A DNA stretch of 27,919 nt from an uncultured Iamiaceae bacterium (GCA_964510215.1 CAZEAV010000001.1:1-27919); one strand, 5' to 3'. Counted from the first letter of the stretch, positions 1-9,380 are shown. Notes: generated by a model from the sequence alone, not told the origin. Translations and numbers: made by a program.

Positions 1-109
1 CCTGCTCGTTGGCCACGAACTGCTGGAACTCTCCCCACGGCCGCTCGGCGACGAATACGTCTCGCGTGCGGTCTGCCACGATCTGGTCGGACAGTTCCTG
101 CATAGACAT
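1..109 (-). CDS. Cupin-domain protein, mannose-6-phosphate isomerase (type II C-terminal-like); 5' end only, runs off the window
   Basis: Not in the ORF track; hand-translated from ATG at 109: MSMQELSDQIVADRTRDVFVAERPWGEFQQFVANEQ. Contains the ERPWG motif that opens the ManC/PMI cupin domain. GAGGGAG RBS lies just upstream (111-120). Confidence 0.7.
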   Translation of the reverse strand, partial: MSMQELSDQIVADRTRDVFVAERPWGEFQQFVANEQ

Positions 110-360
110 GACTCTCCCTCCGTATGGCTGCCTTTCGAGAGATTGTCTCCTGTCCATCGGCGGCAAGTGGGTGGAATGGAAAACTCCATCCCACGAATGA
201 GATGCTGCGCTGCACGTCGCGCAGGTCAGCGCTCAGCCCTACGTGACGGCCATGGGGCTGCGTATCTGTCCCATCGATGGCGAGATCTTTACCATTCGGC
301 TGCGAACTCATGACCATCGCGGATAGCGTCTCCTCAGGCAGCAACTCTTGGGGAGTGAAC

Positions 361-1929
361 ATGACCGACACCGTTGACGTGGGCGTAGACACGCCACACG
401 CGACGATCGTCTCGGGTCAGTCGACGGAGTTGATTTCCAGCCCAGCGAGCGCCGGTCTGTTGTCTGTGGGGGAGCCGATGAAGAGGCCGAACCGGCGTAG
501 CTGGGCAGGGCCTTATGTACGGCGTGCCATCGCCTTGGACGTCCTGGCGGCTCTGGTCTCGGCGCTCGTGGCCACAACCTTGGCCGGGGTCTTTGACTCG
601 GGCCGCTGGTCAATGGATCGGCTATCGGCGGGTTACCTCTACGTCGTTGTGGCCAGTCCCGCGGCGTGGGTGACCGCGGTCGCCTTGAGCCGCGGCTACG
701 AGCGACGGCTCCTGGGGGTCGGCACCGAGGAGTTCCGGGCACTGGTACGTGCTGGCGTCCGGCTGCTGGCCATTACCGGTCTTTTGTCGTATGCCGTCTA
801 TGACGAGCGTCCGTTCCTCTCGCGCATCTTCGTGATCATCCTCTTTCCGGCACTCATCAGTCTCTCGCTCTTGTTGCGCTTCGCGTTACGCAAGCGGCTG
901 CACCGCCAACGGGCGAAAGGCAAGTCGATGCAGCGCACCGTGGTGGTGGGACGGGCCGACTCGGTCATCGGACTCATCCACGAGCTTCGTACAGTGCCGA
1001 CCCACGGTCTAGATGTCGTGGCAGCCTGCACAGCCAGTTTTGATGTGAACTCAGGAGAGCCGTCCTCCGTCGCCGGGGTGCAGATGCTCGGAAGCGTGCG
1101 GAAGGCTCTCGACGCCGTTGACCTCATGAACGCCGAGGTCGTCGTCGTCTCGAGCCACTCCGAGATGACCGGCCCCGAGTTGCGGCGACTCTCGTGGGGT
1201 CTCGAGGCCAGAGACGTTGAGCTCATCGTCTCCCCCGGGATCATGGAAGTTGCCGGCCCGAGGCTGTCCATCCGTCCTGCAGCGGGGCTCTCACTCCTAC
1301 ACGTGGAACGGCCCACCGTGGGCGGCGGGCGGCTGCTGGGCAAGGTCATCTTCGACCGGCTCATGTCGATGATGATCGCGCTGTTTGCTCTTCCGGTGGT
1401 CGTCTTGGTCGCTCTCGCGGTCAAGATCGACTCTCGCGGACCAATCCTCTTCCGCCAGACGCGGATCGGGGCCCGAGGCGAACCCTTCCAGATGTTCAAG
1501 TTCCGTTCGATGGTGGTCGATGCTGAAGCTAAGTTGCAACAAGTCGCGGCGGAGGGTGACGACGGCAACGGAGTGCTCTTCAAGAAGCGGCACGACCCTC
1601 GCGTGACCAGGGTTGGTCGGCTCTTACGTCGCTACTCGCTCGATGAGTTGCCACAACTCATTAACGTGCTCCGGGGCGACATGTCCTTGGTGGGCCCTCG
1701 ACCACCACTTCCAACGGAAGTAGAGGGGTACGAGCCTGACGCCGTTCGTCGTCTTCGAGTCAAGCCCGGCCTCACAGGTCTCTGGCAAGTGAGCGGACGC
1801 AGTGACCTCTCATGGGATGAGTCCCTTCGGCTTGACCTGCGTTATGTCGACAACTGGTCGATGATCCTGGACCTGCAGATCCTATGGCGGACAGCCAGGG
1901 CAGTACTGCGAGGCTCTGGAGCCTACTGA
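361..1929 (+). CDS. Priming polyprenyl-phosphate glycosylphosphotransferase (WcaJ/CpsE-type sugar transferase)
   Basis: N-terminal TM helices, then the C-terminal PGT domain motifs MFKFRSM and DPRVTRVGRLLRRYSLDELPQLINVLRGDMSLVGPRP. Start moved from 277 to ATG 361, which has a GGGAG RBS at 351-355. Confidence 0.95.
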   Translation: MTDTVDVGVDTPHATIVSGQSTELISSPASAGLLSVGEPMKRPNRRSWAGPYVRRAIALDVLAALVSALVATTLAGVFDSGRWSMDRLSAGYLYVVVASPAAWVTAVALSRGYERRLLGVGTEEFRALVRAGVRLLAITGLLSYAVYDERPFLSRIFVIILFPALISLSLLLRFALRKRLHRQRAKGKSMQRTVVVGRADSVIGLIHELRTVPTHGLDVVAACTASFDVNSGEPSSVAGVQMLGSVRKALDAVDLMNAEVVVVSSHSEMTGPELRRLSWGLEARDVELIVSPGIMEVAGPRLSIRPAAGLSLLHVERPTVGGGRLLGKVIFDRLMSMMIALFALPVVVLVALAVKIDSRGPILFRQTRIGARGEPFQMFKFRSMVVDAEAKLQQVAAEGDDGNGVLFKKRHDPRVTRVGRLLRRYSLDELPQLINVLRGDMSLVGPRPPLPTEVEGYEPDAVRRLRVKPGLTGLWQVSGRSDLSWDESLRLDLRYVDNWSMILDLQILWRTARAVLRGSGAY

Positions 1930-2056
1930 GACTTGACCACCTCCATCTGAGAGGTCACCCGGCCCGGGTAGCTGCCTCTGTCTGCCCGAGCCTCGCGTTA
2001 ACATCACGTAACCACGTCCGCCCACACGCCAGCCGGATGAAAGGCATCACTCGCCG

Positions 2057-2998
2057 ATGGAGACGTCAAGCCGCCTACATCCCTGGAGCCAGTCCCACGA
2101 CGATCGCCGTGCGGGTAACGAACAGGGGCAGAAGGCTGCCGTCGCAGGCGAGCCGGATCGAGGCGGCCCGGTGCCGGGGACACATGGTTGGCGCTCCCTG
2201 AGCAGCCACGAGTTGAGGGCCCGTCAACTGCGCATCTTGGACGCCATCGACAGACACTGTCGAGAGTTCGGGATCACCTACTACCTGTGCGCGGGTTCTC
2301 TGCTGGGAGCGATACGACACGGGGGCTACATCCCGTGGGATGACGACATCGACATCATGCTCCCTCGCCAGGACTACGAGCAGTTTTGCCGCACCTTTGG
2401 GAGAGCAGACGGAGATGTTGTGTACTCGCTCCGCTCCTTGGAGACCTCACCGACATACCCTTTCCCGTTTGCCAAGGTCTGTGATGATGAGACGCGATTG
2501 GATGTGGGGTCCGACGTGGTGCGGGACATTGGCGTCTACGTGGATGTCTTCCCGATCGACGCCTGGTGTGATGGTCGGATCAGGGGATGGTTGCAACGAC
2601 AGGCGCTGGGCCTGCTGTGCTTGGCGATGCGCGCCAAGCATCTGCAGACCAAGACCGCCCGAAACCTGTTCAGAAAGGTGGTGCTTTCCATGGCCAAATT
2701 GGGAGCGCGGCCTGTCGGCGCCCGGTATATCGCACGCGCGCTGACCCTTATTGCCACGCTCTCCCGCCAGCGGCACCCCAGAGCGTCCGGCGTCATCGTC
2801 TGGGGCTATCGCGAACGGGTGCCTACCCACTGCTATGGTTCGCCTCAGCCTATCGTTTTCGAAGGTCGGAAATACCCTTCCCCCAAAGATTCTGAGACGG
2901 TACTAAAGATCATCTATGGCGACTACATGTCTCTGCCGCCTCTCGACCAGAGGACGACCCACCACCGCTTCAGTGCGTATGCAATGATCAAGGACTAA
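2057..2998 (+). CDS. LicD-family phosphotransferase (nucleotidyltransferase fold)
   Basis: YYLCAGSLLGAIRHGGYIPWDDDIDIMLPRQDY is the LicD/fukutin signature; VDVFPID and the C-terminal YGDYMSLPP also fit. Start uncertain (GTG 2171 after GAGGCGG is an alternative). Confidence 0.9.
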   Translation: METSSRLHPWSQSHDDRRAGNEQGQKAAVAGEPDRGGPVPGTHGWRSLSSHELRARQLRILDAIDRHCREFGITYYLCAGSLLGAIRHGGYIPWDDDIDIMLPRQDYEQFCRTFGRADGDVVYSLRSLETSPTYPFPFAKVCDDETRLDVGSDVVRDIGVYVDVFPIDAWCDGRIRGWLQRQALGLLCLAMRAKHLQTKTARNLFRKVVLSMAKLGARPVGARYIARALTLIATLSRQRHPRASGVIVWGYRERVPTHCYGSPQPIVFEGRKYPSPKDSETVLKIIYGDYMSLPPLDQRTTHHRFSAYAMIKD

Positions 2999-3025
2999 GC
3001 ATTTGTGCGGGCGGAAACGGGCGGC

Positions 3026-4255
3026 CTAAGAAGTCCATCGGGCGCGAAGCGCCGGTATTACCCACTCCTCCACCTTCCCAGAGCGTCCGCCCGCATCTCG
3101 TTGGGCGTCAAGTGTATATCGCAAGGCAAGGTCGATGAGATAGAGAGAGGCGACCGTTGCGGCCTCCCTTGAGGCGATACCAAAATGCGCCAACAGGTTC
3201 GAGGCTCCCTCAACGAGTTGACTTGCAACTGGTTGAGTCGGGCCGTCTTGTGACACTGCCACTCGGGCCGCGTAGTGGAGTGCATCGAAGCCGACTGGTA
3301 CGTCAGTTTCGAAACGTTCCCAATCCCACACCAGGAGTTTGCTGTCGGCCTTAGCCATGTTCCACTGAGTCCAGTCCCCGTGCCAAGATCCGAAAGTCAA
3401 CTCTGTCGAGTGCGCCGCGATCGTATCAATGATGTCCTGCAAGGGTTCAGCAATGAAGTCTTGCCTAACCGCAAGAATCTTCTCAGAAAGCTGGGCGAGG
3501 TAACTGCTGCCCGCCAATGGCCGTCGTGCTGTACCTGCCATCTTCGAGACGGTGAGCATGGCCTGAAATCGCTCGGCGGCAGGGACGCTCCACTGAGCCC
3601 TCCACGTGGGAAGGGGTGTGACAACTAGGGTCTCCAAGCCATTCCATTGGCCAGCGTGGATAGGTCGGGGCACCTCGATGCCGTCGAGGCGGTACCGAGA
3701 CAAGCGGCGGAGGGCTTCGGCCTCCCGTCGTACTAAACGGCGAGTGACCTCGTTGATGCCGACTTTGACAAATGCCAAAGGGGTGTTGTCCACCCCCATG
3801 ACCTGGAGGATCGGCTTGCGGTTGGCTCTCGGGGGCCCGAAATACATGCTGATGCGGACGGGTTGTTCGAAAAGCGCACTAAGGTAGGAAACGATGTGTG
3901 GTGCACCAGGGGCCTGTGGTATCTGAAGTGGTTCCGACCGTCCAGGGAGGGCGCCGAGTGTGCGGAGACTGCTACGCATCAACAGATTTCGTATTTGTGT
4001 GGCGACAGACCCGCTGCTGTTGAAGTGGCGCATGGCTGAAGCCGCAGCTTTTCTTCCTCTAGGGAGGAGATAGCGCGGGCTCCGAACCTTGGGGATCGCC
4101 AGATATGGTGTGCCCGGAGTCGATGCGTTGGCCCCGGAAGGGGAACTGTCGTATTCGGGCCAAAAGTCGGTGATCCAGTCATCGCCTAAGTTCAATTCAA
4201 CTCTTTTCAAGAGAATCTCGTGAGTATCTATGATCTCACTTGATTGTTCGGCCAT
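3026..4255 (-). CDS. APH/choline-kinase-fold phosphotransferase, substrate unknown
   Basis: Kinase-fold motifs in the right order: AFVKVG (Lys), RREAEAL (helix-C Glu), WHGDWTQWN (catalytic loop), VWDWE (metal-binding Asp). Start overlaps the flippase stop by 20 nt. Confidence 0.75.
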   Translation of the reverse strand: MAEQSSEIIDTHEILLKRVELNLGDDWITDFWPEYDSSPSGANASTPGTPYLAIPKVRSPRYLLPRGRKAAASAMRHFNSSGSVATQIRNLLMRSSLRTLGALPGRSEPLQIPQAPGAPHIVSYLSALFEQPVRISMYFGPPRANRKPILQVMGVDNTPLAFVKVGINEVTRRLVRREAEALRRLSRYRLDGIEVPRPIHAGQWNGLETLVVTPLPTWRAQWSVPAAERFQAMLTVSKMAGTARRPLAGSSYLAQLSEKILAVRQDFIAEPLQDIIDTIAAHSTELTFGSWHGDWTQWNMAKADSKLLVWDWERFETDVPVGFDALHYAARVAVSQDGPTQPVASQLVEGASNLLAHFGIASREAATVASLYLIDLALRYTLDAQRDAGGRSGKVEEWVIPALRARWTS

Positions 4256-5828
4256 CCACGGCTGGTCGGCGGATCTTTCGCAGGGCAGCCAATTCTAGCG
4301 TACCCCTGAAGACCCAGAGGCCGACGGCATAACATGAGCCACCAATGACGAGCGCGAAGAGGAGGCCATCCCAGCTTGCACCCAAGGCTATGCGCGCGAC
4401 CAGAGGAATGAGGGCGAAGGACAGAAGATTGAGACTTATGGTGACGACGGTAATCCGCCCAAACGGGTGAAGACCAATGGCCAATCCCACCTGCCCCAAC
4501 GCAAGAGCATTTTGGACGATGATCGCCGCCGCCCAACCGATAGCTGCGCCAAGAATTCCGTGGGAGGGAATGAGCCAAATATCAACCCCGACATTGACAA
4601 CGAGTCCAACCAGCACGTTCATGAGGTTCCAACTTGTGCGACCAGCCATCGTCAGAACAATATCCACCATGCCGGTCAGGGTCGCAGCCAGCATGGAGCT
4701 TGCCAAGATCACCAGCACGACCGTACCGGCGTTGTATCCCTTGCCGAATATCGAGAGAATGGTGGGGCCAAACAAAATGAAACACAAGTACATCGGCCAA
4801 GTGATAAGCATCAACCAAGCAGTTGATATTCGGTAGAGATGGCTGGCCCCGAGGTGGTCCTCGCGGGCAAGTGCCGCTGCGATACGTGGCTGAACCGCCA
4901 TGGAGATGGCACGGTTGCCCAACTGGCCCACCACCAAGAACCGTGTCGCGGCGGTGTAGATCGCAGCTTGGGGTGCGCCTGCGAGGGCGGCCACTAAAAC
5001 GATGTCCAAGCGCTGCATGATCTGTTGAGCAAGGCCTGACACCGCCCGAGGTGCAGTGAAACGCCAGAAGGCTCCCCTAAGGTTCGAGGGCGAGGGTCGG
5101 CGCGTATCGTCTTCGACATGTGTTGTGTTTGCGGCGCGCTTCACTACCGCTTTGGACAGCCGTCGCCACCAAAAGTAGGCGATTACGGCTGCGGGAAGGT
5201 AGGGGAGTGACCAGGCTAGGCCAACGCCCCATCTCGTGGGGGCGATGACGGCCAACGCTATGCAGCAGACCTGAAGCAGCGAGCGACCAATTTGCTCGAC
5301 CATTGCGTTTGGTCGCATTGTCCCCAGACCACGAGTGGCAGCGAGCGACACGTTCTCAAGGCCTGCTAGGGGCACCAGCAAGGCGCAGGCCCTCAGATAC
5401 GCCACCGCCTCTTGGGAATGGCTTGCGTTCGTCCGATCGGCGATCCAGGGAGCGAAGACAAACAGTGTGATCGCCATGCAAAAACCGACTGCGACTACGG
5501 GCCGGCTCGCCACTCGGAAGTAGTCAGGGACGAGGTGAGCTCTACCTGCGGCACGACTCCGGGCAATGAAGTAGACCAGCCCGGTGTTTGTGCCAAGAGC
5601 ACCCACGGAGGTGGCGATCAGGAAGACCGACGTGACGCCAAAGAAGACGCCGGCATCCGACTGATCCAACCGATGGGTGACCAGTAGGGTGACCACGAGA
5701 TTGGTGAGGCCGAAGATGAGGGCGCCAGCTAGGTTCGCGGCGCTCCCGCGGGCGACCCCGCCCATCGAGGGCTTGCTCATAATTTCGGAGGTCGGTCGTT
5801 CGGTCCTAGCTTCAGACATGACTGCCAC
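4236..5828 (-). CDS. wzx: Wzx-type oligosaccharide flippase (MOP superfamily)
   Basis: Roughly 12-14 hydrophobic segments; typical motifs GLGTMRP, QRLDIVLVAAL, AAIYTAATR, WLIPSHGILGAAIGW. Start GTG 5828 or ATG 5819. Confidence 0.9.
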   Translation of the reverse strand: MAVMSEARTERPTSEIMSKPSMGGVARGSAANLAGALIFGLTNLVVTLLVTHRLDQSDAGVFFGVTSVFLIATSVGALGTNTGLVYFIARSRAAGRAHLVPDYFRVASRPVVAVGFCMAITLFVFAPWIADRTNASHSQEAVAYLRACALLVPLAGLENVSLAATRGLGTMRPNAMVEQIGRSLLQVCCIALAVIAPTRWGVGLAWSLPYLPAAVIAYFWWRRLSKAVVKRAANTTHVEDDTRRPSPSNLRGAFWRFTAPRAVSGLAQQIMQRLDIVLVAALAGAPQAAIYTAATRFLVVGQLGNRAISMAVQPRIAAALAREDHLGASHLYRISTAWLMLITWPMYLCFILFGPTILSIFGKGYNAGTVVLVILASSMLAATLTGMVDIVLTMAGRTSWNLMNVLVGLVVNVGVDIWLIPSHGILGAAIGWAAAIIVQNALALGQVGLAIGLHPFGRITVVTISLNLLSFALIPLVARIALGASWDGLLFALVIGGSCYAVGLWVFRGTLELAALRKIRRPAVDGRTIK

Positions 5829-5905
5829 GGTCCGTCGATACCACTGGGCCGTGTCCGGGGCGCGGACAAATACCCCGAGGGCTCTGCCCAGCGATCCCGC
5901 CCAAC

Positions 5906-7513
5906 TTACGACGGGTCATTGCGAGTTAAGCTCCCTGTGGCAATGAACTCCTCAGCAGTCGAGGCCCGGGACGAGTCCCCGGTCGGTGCCTGTGCTACTT
6001 CGTGGCTGCTGTCCTCAGCGTATTTCACCGACGGTCGGCGGCGCCTGCCTTGTCGGCCGTGGTCGACCACGACGACGCCCAATACCGGCACACCAAGGCC
6101 TTGTGCCTGACCCGCGTCCCTACTGATTTGTGATTTGGTTGTGTATCCCTTTGTGCCGGTAAGGGCCAGGCAGTCCGTGGCAAGCGAGACGGCGAGACCA
6201 CCAGGAGCAGCAACTGGGTTAGCGACCACGAGCGTAAAGTCGCTTTCCTGCTTGAGCTTCCGAACGATTTGAGTGAAGCGGGGTCCGGCAAGAAGATCTG
6301 GATCGCTGGACTCCGCGTCTCCGTAGGCGAGTACTCCGAGATTTCCGACGCGCGGTAATGAAGGGATGGGCGCATCCGTCGATGTCAATAGGTCGTGCAA
6401 GCTAGACCCTGCCACCACCGGGAGGGAATCGTCCACCTGCCACTCTGGATTGGCGCAGACGAGCGTGACTGTGTAACCGGCGCGAGAGAGGCTCCGGGCC
6501 AGGTTCAACCCCACGAAACCTGCGTCGTCATAACCGTCGGAGGCGGCTAGGCTGATTGCCTTGGGAGGAGGCGCTGCTGCCAGCAGGGCAGCTCGAGCGG
6601 TCCGAAATGCCTCGACAACGCCGTCGACGTGGTCCCGGTTTCGCCGCTCGGAGATCTGGCTGGGGGCCACGGTCAAGATAGGAACGCCGCTGGCTGACGG
6701 CCCATCGCTCGCTTTGAGGCGGTCATCGGTGCGCTCTCGCCAGATGGCCAATGCGGCGCCAAGCCCAAGACCCAGCAAGCCGCAGACGGCAACGATCAGC
6801 CAGGGATCGATCGAACTGCGCGAAGAAGGCAGAGCGGCCGGCCGGATGACACTTCCCGAGTTCGATCCTTGCGCTTTCGTCCTGTTGATGGACGTCTGGA
6901 GGTCGTTGAGTTCCGCGGCATAGAGTTGCACTTGCTGAGTGGACGCGGCTGAGGGTTTGGCTTGGGCGGCGGCATTGCCCGCCGCCTCGAGGTTCTTCGC
7001 TGCCGCCTCAGCTTGGCTCCGAAGAGCCCGCAGTTGGGCTTCCCGCACCGATATCGCCCGCGAAGAGCGAGTCTTCAGGAGGGCATTTGCGACGGCACCG
7101 GCCCCTGCTTGCGCTTTGGCTGGGGTGCTCGCGGTGAATGTGACCTCAATGGTTTGAGTGTTCGGTGGAACTTCGGCCGTCACCTGACCTGAACCAGTCG
7201 AGATGTTGGTGCCGAGTTGTCTATTGACAAGGTCCAGGACGGTTACCGAGTCGACCAACGCAGCTTCCGTAGTCATCGCGGTGGTGACCTGTTGGGAGCT
7301 CTTGATGGTCTGTGATGAGAGGGCGTTCCCTGCCAGTGGTCGAAGGAAGACCGTTGTCGAGGAGCTGTAGGTCGCGGGCTGACCGAAGGCAAAAGCGGCT
7401 GCGGCCCCAGCGGCAAGAAGGACGGCGCATATGATCAGCGCGACGTGCCGTTTCAGCGCCGGGCCTATCACCGGTGGTAGCGTCTCATCGGACATTGACA
7501 GGACTCTGGGCAC
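5906..7513 (-). CDS. Polysaccharide co-polymerase (Wzz/Wzc-like) with degenerate tyrosine-kinase domain
   Basis: TM1 (ALIICAVLLAAGAAAAF), coiled-coil region, TM2, then EAFRTARAAL and a MinD/Wzc-like C-terminal domain ending VPVLGVVVVD. Start set at GTG 7513 (AGGAG 8 nt upstream); the ORF-track extension to 7849 runs into the IS remnant. Confidence 0.85.
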   Translation of the reverse strand: MPRVLSMSDETLPPVIGPALKRHVALIICAVLLAAGAAAAFAFGQPATYSSSTTVFLRPLAGNALSSQTIKSSQQVTTAMTTEAALVDSVTVLDLVNRQLGTNISTGSGQVTAEVPPNTQTIEVTFTASTPAKAQAGAGAVANALLKTRSSRAISVREAQLRALRSQAEAAAKNLEAAGNAAAQAKPSAASTQQVQLYAAELNDLQTSINRTKAQGSNSGSVIRPAALPSSRSSIDPWLIVAVCGLLGLGLGAALAIWRERTDDRLKASDGPSASGVPILTVAPSQISERRNRDHVDGVVEAFRTARAALLAAAPPPKAISLAASDGYDDAGFVGLNLARSLSRAGYTVTLVCANPEWQVDDSLPVVAGSSLHDLLTSTDAPIPSLPRVGNLGVLAYGDAESSDPDLLAGPRFTQIVRKLKQESDFTLVVANPVAAPGGLAVSLATDCLALTGTKGYTTKSQISRDAGQAQGLGVPVLGVVVVDHGRQGRRRRPSVKYAEDSSHEVAQAPTGDSSRASTAEEFIATGSLTRNDPS

Positions 7514-7638
7514 CGACCGCTCTCCTAACACCACGCAACACTGGGTGGGTTGCCCCCCACATGGGCGGGTTACCCCCGAGACCACCAGCCTAATAAGGAT
7601 CGTTCCCGCACGTGATGCATATGGAGAAATCGGCGGCC

Positions 7639-7663
7639 GGGTGATGTCTAAGCCCCGGATCCG
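7639..7663 (+). repeat. Imperfect direct repeat, copy 1 (GGGTGATGTCTAAGCCCCGGATCCG); includes the putative IS1380 end and CTAAG
   Basis: Matches 9381-9403 (GGGTGATGTCTCAGCCGGATCCG) with one mismatch and a 2-nt indel. Confidence 0.8.
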
Positions 7664-8455
7664 ATTGGGCGGCAGGACTGGGGACGCTGACTCGGTTGTG
7701 CTGAGCCGGTGGTGGGGCATGGACCTTCGTCCGACCTCGCTGTCGGGTGTTCCACGCGGCTTCTCCGGTCGTGCCGAATGGTGCGGCTGGCTGGTCAGGG
7801 GGAGGCGGTTACCGAGGGTCCGAGGGCGGTGGTGGATAGCGCCTCCCAAGCTTGGTGCCAGGGCCAGCGTCGCGGGGATGGGTGGCGCGGGTGAGGTTGA
7901 CCGCGAGCACGGCCAGGTTGAACCAGGCAGCGTTGGCGGCGAACGACTTCGACGGCAGGCGTGCCGGGGCCGGGCCGTTCAGGTCGGGGTGGACCTGTTC
8001 GATGGTCCCGTGGTGGCGGTGGAGCCTGTCCGCGGCGACGGTACCCAGATCGGTCGCGCCGCCCCTGGTGGTGATGAACGCGGTGAAGAACGCGTGGAAC
8101 CGCCACGTCGTGAATAGCTCGTCCTGTCCGTGGCGGCCGCGAGGGTTCAGGTCGGGAACCCGGCGAGCCTTGGCCTGGGCACGGGCGGCGGCGCCGAGAG
8201 TCGGTTGGCGTAGAACGCCGGCCCGGACCAGCACCTTCCCCGCTGGCCGGGGTCGAGCGGACGCGGGCGACCGTCTTCAGTGCGTCGCCGGCCAGTGGGC
8301 CACGCCGCGGCGCAGCCGCTGGGCCACCACCACCGGAGCCGCTTTGTCGGTGCTGACCGTGGCCGGCAGAGCGTTCAACCCGCGGTACCCGGCAGCAGCC
8401 GAACCCGGCACCCTGCTTGGCGTAGCCGTGCATTTGGTGGCCTGCAGGCCCGGGC
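7653..8455 (-). mobile_element. IS1380-family insertion sequence remnant (right end retained, left part lost)
   Basis: Transposase fragments at 7795-8433. The downstream non-coding tail ends in CCCCGGATCCG (7653-7663) next to CTAAG. GC is visibly higher than in the flanking cluster genes (46/60 G+C in 8161-8220). Confidence 0.8.
7795..8433 (-). pseudogene. IS1380-family transposase, frameshifted and internally deleted
   Basis: IS1380-like segments are spread over two frames: HGYAKQGAGFG; GLNALPATVSTDKAAPVVVAQRLRRG; DALKTVARV; RRVPDLNP..ELFTTWRFHAFFT; HRHHGTIEQVHPDL..ARLPSKSFAANAAW..AVNLTRA; C-terminal WPWHQAWEAL. In-frame stop at 8277-8279. Confidence 0.85.
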
Positions 8456-9169
8456 TCACACCTGAATAACGAGAGACAGGTTTGCGTGTTCAGCCGTTAG
8501 TCGCCCCTTCGAAGCCTTCGCGATCCCATGGAATCCCAGATCGACGACCTGTCGAACAACTGGTGGGAAGAAGGCCAAGTGGCCGTTGGTTGACATAGCG
8601 TCCAAGATAGTCAGACTATGCGTGGCACAATATCGCTCGAGCTGACGCCACGAGACGATTGGGTCATAGACAACCGGGAAAGGCCCATGCCCAAGAGTCC
8701 CAGCATGCTTTGAGCGCTGGACTACGCGCTTGTACCAGATATGAGTCTTGTGCGGTGTGTGGCGTGCTAGCCACCCGTAAACGGCGTCTCGGTCAGGAAC
8801 TCTCAGCAGTAACAAGCCCTTGGGCTTCAGCGCTTCGACCAGACGAGTCAACACCTGCTCAGCATCCTGAACGTGCTCGAGCACGAAGGAACAGAAAACC
8901 ACGTCGTACGCCTGAGGCTCCAGCGGAACGGTGCGGAGATCGCCGACGATCGCATCATCGAGATCCCCGACGACTTCTTGCCTGAGTCGCATAGACTCGG
9001 CATTGATATCGACTCCCACGAGTCGGTAGTCAACCCCGGCGAGGTCCAACGCCCAACGTCTGCCACAGCCCGCTTCAAGGATCACCAAGGGCCCCGAGCG
9101 GGTTCGCACGTGTTCTTCAAAACAAGTTAAGTCGTCGCGCGGTCCAACTTGACGAAGCGGCACTACCAT
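8456..9169 (-). CDS. Class I SAM-dependent methyltransferase
   Basis: Motif I ILEAGCG, post-II YDVVFCSFVLEHV, motif III LKPKGLLLLRVP. Confidence 0.9.
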   Translation of the reverse strand: MVVPLRQVGPRDDLTCFEEHVRTRSGPLVILEAGCGRRWALDLAGVDYRLVGVDINAESMRLRQEVVGDLDDAIVGDLRTVPLEPQAYDVVFCSFVLEHVQDAEQVLTRLVEALKPKGLLLLRVPDRDAVYGWLARHTPHKTHIWYKRVVQRSKHAGTLGHGPFPVVYDPIVSWRQLERYCATHSLTILDAMSTNGHLAFFPPVVRQVVDLGFHGIAKASKGRLTAEHANLSLVIQV

Positions 9170-9380
9170 CTTCCTAAGTTAGCAAATGGACGCCGGTAAG
9201 TCTGCGGAATGCGGAATCTGTCAGCGGCCTCGAACACTGAGTAGGTGCGGAGCTGGAGAAGTGAGCACTCTTCGAGGATTGGAGTGTGATCACCATGGAG
9301 GACTAGTTGTACTCGGCCACGAGGTTGGGGGCGATGCTCAGGGCTGGTGGTTAACGCAAGGGAGGACCGTCGGGTGCGGT

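Noticed and set aside
271-280. 10-bp palindrome CCATCGATGG
   Set aside because: Too short to distinguish from chance without conservation data.
277-360. N-terminal extension of the priming transferase ORF
   Set aside because: No clear RBS at 277; ATG 361 has GGGAG at suitable spacing.
798-1583. 261-aa antisense ORF, and similar long shadow ORFs (308-742, 7431-8117, 7852-8469, 21586-22158, 25928-26653, 26780-27499)
   Set aside because: They lie opposite or inside well-supported genes, have no recognisable motifs, and are expected in GC-rich DNA.
3026-4255. Calling the kinase licA or an aminoglycoside-resistance gene
   Set aside because: The motifs show only the shared APH/choline-kinase fold; licB and licC are absent and the context is polysaccharide synthesis.
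7514-7849. 118-aa N-terminal extension of the co-polymerase ORF
   Set aside because: It runs through the IS tail; the AGGAG RBS and domain start support GTG 7513 (or ATG 7495).
7653-8455. Active IS1380 transposase
   Set aside because: Frameshifts, an in-frame stop, a large internal deletion and a missing N-terminus.
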